64,000 nucleotides of DNA, taken from the NCBI GenBank assembly GCA_014905635.1, contig JABVCE010000030.1, positions 186,001 to 250,000 on the forward strand, given 5' to 3'. Origin of the DNA: Scenedesmus sp. PABB004 (Eukaryota). The notes beneath the pieces are model-generated. The model searched no databases. It saw nothing but the letters and a program-made list of their open reading frames with translations, and was not told the origin of the DNA. The first letter of the stretch is position 1. Each line of letters opens with the position of its first letter. Positions 57,729-64,000 of this stretch are shown in pieces. The translations under genes and the position numbers were made by a program.

Positions 57729-60700
57729 CTACCTGCTGCCGCTGCTGCGCAGCGCCGCGCCGCCGTTGCCCCCGACGCTGCCGCCCTGCTTGACGGCGCC
57801 CGGCGCCGCGCCGAGCGCGACCACGACTGCCGGGAGCCCGGCGAGCGCGCCGGCGGCGCCCGGCGCCGCCGCGGGCTCCGCCTCCTCCTGCAGCGTGACC
57901 GAGACCTGCTCCGCCGACATGAGCTGGCTGATCGCGCCGCCGCCGTCGCCGCTGCCGCCGCTGCCCGTGAGCTGCGGCGCGCGGAGCAGGTCGAGCAGCG
58001 ACGCGTCGACCTGGCCGCCCAGCGGCTCCGGGGGGTGAGCCCCGCCGTCGCCGTCGCCGACGCTGTCCCACGCGGGCGGGTTGCTGTCCTCGGTGACGAG
58101 CGGCAGGCCGGGGCCGTGGAAGCGGCCGCCGGGCGAGGCCAGCACGCCCGGCGGCGGCGCGGGCGACGCGCGCGCCGGCGACGCGGCACCCGCGCTGCCC
58201 GGCGCGGGCGCGCCCGCGCCGCCCGTCGCGATCGGCGCGAGGCCCCACGGCGGCTGCAGCAGCGCGGCGACGCCGGCGGGGCCGCCGGCGCGGTGCTCGC
58301 CCGCGCCGCCGCCGCCGAGCGGGCTCGTGCCGCGCGGGCTCGCGCCGGCGGGGCCGGGGCTGCCGCCGCCGCCGGCGTGGCGCCGGAACTCGCCCTCGCT
58401 CATGAAGACGTGCGACGTGGCAAAGTCGAGGAAGCGGCGCGCGTAGTGTTTGGGCGGCGCGACGCTGATCGCGCCCTTGTCGTGCGCGACGCCCTTGACC
58501 GCACGCTCAAGCACCTTGCGCGCCGAGTAGTCCTGTCGCGGCAGCGGCGGCAGGGCGGCGGCAGGGCGCCGCAGCGGCGCGGTCAGCCGCGCGGCACGTC
58601 CGGAGCCGCGGGCGGCGCGCGGCCAGGCGTGGTGTGTCCGGAGCCGTGCGCGCGGCGCGCGCCTGCAGGATGTCGATGATGCCGAAGCAGAGCACCACCT
58701 CCTCCGCACCGCGCGCGTCCATGCCGCCGCCGGCCGTGCCGCCGCCGGCGCCGGCACCGTCGCCCGGCGGCGTGACGGGCACCGCGAGCGCGGGCACGTT
58801 GACGCCGAGCTGCAGGCCGCCGCCGAAGAGCCCGCCCGCGCCGGAGCCGCCCGCGGCGGGCGCCTTGGGGTCGGGCAGGCCGAGCGCCATGGGTGTGTCC
58901 ACCACCTCCTCGTCCTCCTCAAACGGCACGCCCAGCCCCGTGAACGCGCCGCGCAGGCTCGTGAGGTGGCTCAGCGTCGGCACGTGCGCCCGGCCGAGCG
59001 CGCCTGCACAGCGGCCGGCGCGGCGGGTGAGGGGCGCGCTGGCTGCAGCACGCGCTGCGACGCGCGCGCCGCGCCGCGCGCTGCGCCGCGCCGCGCGCTG
59101 CGCCGCGCCGCGCGCTGCGCCGCGCCGCCGCCCCGTGCTGCGCGGGGCGTGCCGCGCACCCGCCGCCGTGGGGCTCGTGGGCTGCAGCCCCGCGTGGCCC
59201 TCGCCGCCGGCGCCGCCCTCCTCCTGGCGCTGCTGCTGCATCGCCTGCAGCACCGCCGACGGCGGCTCCTTGCGCGCCGCGCTCCTCTTGAGCTTGCTGC
59301 CCAGGATCTTCAGCCGCGCCAGCTCGGCCACGTCCTGCGCGGGCGCCGCACGGCGGGCGTCAGCGGGGCCACGGCGGCGCTGCGCGGCGCCGCGGCGGGC
59401 GGTGTGCCGGGGAGGTGCCGGCCGGCGCGCACCTTCATGCGCTCCTCGCTGAAACCCATGCCCTGCATGCGCTCCACCACCAGCCGCAGCCGCTCCTCCT
59501 GCTCCGCCGCCGCGCTATAGAGCTCCCAGTTGCGCGCGCCCGCGCCGCTCGCGCTCGGGCCGCCGCTCAGCGCGCCGGCGCCGCCGCCGACGCTGCCCGC
59601 CGCCGAGTACGGCCCGGCCGCGCTGCCGGCGCCAGACGGGCCGCCGCCCGCGGCCGCGGCGGCCGCCGCGGCGTACGCGGCCAGGTGCGGGGGGAGCTGC
59701 GCGTCCTCGCTGGTCGTGCTGCGCCCCACGCCCAGCTGCACGCGCGGCAGGTGCGCCGCGGCGCCGCCGCCGGGCTCCGACCCGGCGCCGCCGCCCGCGT
59801 CCTGCTGCGCCGCCAGCAGCTGCTGCTGCAGCAGCGCCTGCTGCGCCGCCAGGCGCTGCAGGTGCTGCGGCGGTGGCTGCACGTCGTCGTCGGACGCCGT
59901 GGAGCGCGCGTGCTGCTGCTGCTGCTGCTGCTGCAGCCCGCCGCCGCTCGCGCCGCCCGTGCTCAGCGGCTCCGCAAAGAGGCCCGCCGCCGGCGGCCCC
60001 CCGCCGGGCAGCGGGCTGGCCTGCTGCGCCGGCAGCAGGCCGTCGAGCGAGGGCGCGTGGTCGAGCGACACGCGCGTGAAGTTGCGGCCAGGGAAGTGCA
60101 CGCCCAGCAGCAGCGAGTAGTCCATGACGCCGACGGACCTGCGCCGCGCCGCGCCGCGCGCGGCGGCTCGACGACGCGGCGCGCGCCCGGCCGGCGGCGG
60201 CCGCTGCTGCGCGCCTGCGCGCGCACGCGAGCACACACGGCGGTCACCTGAGCAGGTCGCAGTCTGCCGCGAGCTGCGCCATGAGCGCGTCGTACGCCGG
60301 CTGCTCCAGCACGATGCGCATGTCGATGTCCAGGTCCTTGCAGATCACGCCGGGGTCGCCCTCCGCAGCGCTGCGGCCGGGCGGCGCCGCGTGCGCGCGC
60401 GCGCGCGCGCGCGCGGGCGGGCGGGCGTGGATCACAGCCTAAAGGTGCCGCAGGGCGCGGCGCGGCGGGCGTGGCGGGAGGGGCAGGGAGCCGGGCGCGC
60501 GCGCACCGCGCGCGGCCCTCGGGCCCGACGGTGCGGCCGTCGGTGGAGCCCTTGATGTCGAAGCGGCGGTGGATCTGCAGGTCTGTGATGAAGATGTTGG
60601 CCATCACAACAAAGCGCACCTGGCGGCACACCACGCAACGCGGCGCCGGCGGCGGCGGCGGCGGCGGCGGGGTGAGGCCGCGCGGCCGCCGAGCCGGCGG

Positions 60701-63449
60701 CGCGGCGCGGCGCGGCGGCGCGGCGCGGCGCTGCGCGGCGCGCACCGAGCGGCCGTGCAGGGGCGTGACCTTGTGCAGGCCAAAGAAGCGCGTGATGAGC
60801 GAGGCGGGGTGCTCCGCCATGTGCGCGGCGTACGCGCGCAGCATGCCCAGCAGCGTGCCGACCTCGCTCTTGCGCATCGTCTTGACCAGGAACCGCTCGT
60901 CCTCTGCGGCGAGCGCGGTCGGCGCGGTGGGCACGTGCGTTCGGCACGTCGCGCAGGCGAGCGCGCGGGGCGCGGCGCGCGGCGCGGGCGCGTGCGCGTG
61001 CGCGGGCGCCAGCCCTCTCCGCGGCCGGCACGGGGCGGTGCGCCGCACGCGCACCGCTGAGCAGGAACATGCTGCCGCTCTTGCCGGGGCTGTTGAGCTG
61101 CCGCAGCGCCTGGCTGCCGGCGAGCGAGATCATGTAGTCCGCCTCGTCGATGCCCGCCGCGCCGCGCAGGCGGCGGAACACGTGCGGCGCGTAGTCCTTC
61201 CAGCGAAAGTCGGTGGACGGGTGCGCCGGCGTGGTGGAGCTGCGGCGGCGGCGACGCGCGCGGCGCGGCGCGGCGCGGCGCGGGCGGCGTGCTGGGCCGG
61301 CGGTCGTGGTCGCGGTCGCGCGCGCGGCGTGCCCAGCGCCAGCACGGCGCCAGCACAGAGCGCCAGGGCGCACCTGCCGGCGCTGGGGAAATACACGGTC
61401 AGCTGCTCCCGAAAGTCCGACTCCAGCAGCTCGCCGCCGCCGGTGTCGCCCGCCAGCACTGCCTCCAGCCGCGCCGCGGCGTCGCTGTCGAGGCTGCCCT
61501 GGCTGCCGCAGGCCTCGGCGGCGGCGGCGGCGCCGCCGCCGTCGCCAGCCGCGGGCGGGGCCGACAGCGCGCGCCGGTCGGCGCCGCCGGCGGCGCCGGC
61601 GGCGTCGCTCTCGTGCTTGACGGCGCCGCCTGAGAAGCAGCTCAGCCCGCTGCCGAGCCCACCGTGCCCGCGCCGCGCGGCGGCGTGGCTTGTGCTGCCC
61701 CACCACGGCCGCAGCACGCCCGAGAGCCCGAGCGAGCTCCTGAGCAGCGCCGACGACGCGCTGCCCTCCGCGCCGCGCGGGCGCAGGGACTTGCCGAGGC
61801 TGTAGCGGATGCCCAGCTGCAGCTCGAGCATGAGGCTGTAGCTGTAGTGCCCCTTGTACACGACCTCGCCGAGCTTGCGCTGCATGCGCGGCCCGCGGCG
61901 CAGCACGCGCTGCATGCGCCGCCGAACCTGCGCGCCGAGGCGGGGCGGCGCGCGCGGCCGCCTTCGCGCGCGCGCGCAGGCGCGCGCCGCTTCACGCCCG
62001 CCCCGGCCCGCCCCGACCCCGCCGCGCCCCCGGCCCCGCCGCCCCGCGGGCGCCGCGCCTTGTTGGCCTTGGGCCAGAGGAAGCCGAAGATCATTTTGAT
62101 CTCCTCCGCCGTCAGCGGGTACTCGCGCAGCAGGCGGCCGACATCATACTCGCGCACGAACAGCTTCAGCGGCGCCGGCGCGCCGCCGTCGCCGCCGATG
62201 ACGCCGCCGGGCGCGGGCGGGCCCGGCGCCGGCGACGGCGCGGCGGCCGAGATGGCCGCCAGCAGCGCCGCCTGCTGCTCCGAGAGCGCGGCGGCGGCGG
62301 CGGCCGCGCCTGGGGCCGCCTCCACCGCCTGCGCCGCCGCCGGCGCGTCCGCCGGCGCGCCGTCCGGGCCCGGCAGCGCGGGTCTGGGCGGCTGCTGCGG
62401 CTGCTGCGGCTGCTGCTGCTGCTGCGGCTGCTGCTGCTGCTGCTGCGGCTGCTGCTGCGGCTGCTGCTGCGGCTGCTGCGGCTGCTGCTGCTCCTGATGC
62501 TGCTGCGGCTGCTGCTGCACCGCCTGCTGCTCTCGGCCTTCCTGCTCCTGCTCCCCGCGCGGCGACGCCTCGGCCTGCTGCGGGGCCTCCTGCAGCGGCG
62601 GCAGCGGCGCCGGCTGCAGCGGCAGCCGGCCGGGCGGCAGCAGCTCCGACGGCTCGCTATTCAGCGCGACCGCGGCCTCCTCGAGCCGCGACTTGCGCCG
62701 CCGCGGCGCGTGCTCGGCCGGCGCCGGCGCCGGCGCGGCCGCGTGCCCGTTGGCCGCGCCGCCGCCGTCGGGGGCGGCCGCGCCGCCCGCGGCCGCCGCT
62801 GCCGCGGCCTCCTGCGCCTCCGCCGCCGCCGCCATGTCGGCGAGCACGTGCGTGCTCTCCACGTGCTGCAGCGCCGTCAGGTGCGCCATGGAGTGCGTCG
62901 CGGAGGCGCGCTCGCCAAGCGCCTCCTCCACCAGCCCGCCGCCGCTCGCGCCCGGCTGCGCGGCGCCCGCGTGCCAGGCGTGTGCGGTGCTGTGCCGGCG
63001 GCTGCTCGGCTCCTCGGGCGCGGGCCGGAACACGCCGAGCCCGTGCTTCTTGCCGCCGCGCCAGAAGCCGTCGTACATGGAGCCGTCGACGTAGGTCTTT
63101 ATGCCGATGCCGTCGCGCCGGCCGTCCTGCGAGCGCGCGCGGCGGCCGCGTCGGCGCGGCGCGACGCGGAGCGGCGCGGCGCGACGCGGAGCGGCGCGGC
63201 GCGGCGCGGCGCGGGAGTCCTCGCGCTCGCACACCGTACCTTCCACTCGCCGTCGTAGCGCTGCCCGTTGTGCCAGACGTAGGTGCCGAAGCCGTGCATG
63301 ACGCCGTCGCGCCACTCGCCGTCGTAGTGGCACTGGTTTGGCCAGATGCAGGTGCCGAGGCCCGACGGCACGCCGCTGCGCAGCGTGCCGTAGTAGCGCG
63401 AGCCATCGGAGCCCACGAACGTGTCCACCACAAAGTCAAGGCCCGCCAT
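57729..63449 (-). CDS. PIP5K: Phosphatidylinositol-4-phosphate 5-kinase with N-terminal MORN repeats
   Basis: [99 protein letters not shown]. Confidence 0.95.
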
Positions 63450-64000
63450 GGCCGCCGGCCGGGCGGCCCGCCGCGGGCGGCCGGTCAGGCGCGCCGCCGC
63501 CGGCGGAGCAGCGCCGCCGCGCCGCGCGCCGCGCCGCCCGCCGGCGCCCGCCCGCCTGCAGCGGGCGTGGCGCTGGCTGGGAGAGGGGGGCGGGGCGGCG
63601 GCGCCCCTAGGGCCGTCGTCGGGACCTGGCGGGCGCGGGAGCGGGGGCGCAGCAGCGAGACAACACATCAGCGGCCTGCCGCGGCGCGGCTGGGGGCCCG
63701 GCGCTTGCAGCGCGGGGCCAGGGCGGTCCGTGGCGATCCCGGCACCCCAACACCCCCGCCAGATGGTCGGTCAGCCGCCGCTCGCGCACCTGGCGCGCAG
63801 CTCGCCTGTTCGGCCGCGCGCTCCGGCGCAGCGCCGCTCCGTCAGCCGGCCGTGCGCTGCTCCAGGCCACCGTCACACGATTGCACGTCTCTCAGCGCGT
63901 CCACGCGTCGCTGCCGCCGCGCGCGCGCGCGCCCCGCTGCTCGCCGGCGCGCCGCCGTCTGCTGTGGTCGCGCCCCGCGCGCTGCCGTGTGGTCGCTGCC

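Overview
Very GC-rich, intron-dense eukaryotic nuclear DNA. The gene content, TGTAA poly(A) signals and degenerate TTTAGGG repeats suggest a chlorophyte green alga, possibly Sphaeropleales (inference). Most long ORFs in the track are GC artefacts; the real genes are spliced. About 17 protein genes are present: P5CR, an ABCG half-transporter, JMJD6, malate synthase, theta GST, UROS, o-type thioredoxin, an NYN-domain protein, M3 oligopeptidase, a bZIP-like protein, two tandem PARP-type zinc-finger proteins, an RH3-like DEAD-box helicase, ELIP, a MARVEL-like protein, a Raf-like kinase and a MORN-PIP5K, plus a partial unknown gene at the left edge. Highlights: (1) a 5'-truncated Fanzor (eukaryotic TnpB) remnant between GST and malate synthase, frameshifted by an exact 19-bp duplication, followed by a hairpin-rich candidate omega-RNA region and bracketed by exact 16-bp direct repeats; (2) two box C/D snoRNAs with 18S guides in an intron of an apparently non-coding host transcript; (3) many GC-AG introns; (4) five RFxV motifs in the kinase tail; (5) a ~1.07-kb tandem duplication making a chimeric ORF. 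All gene models were read by eye, so boundaries are approximate.
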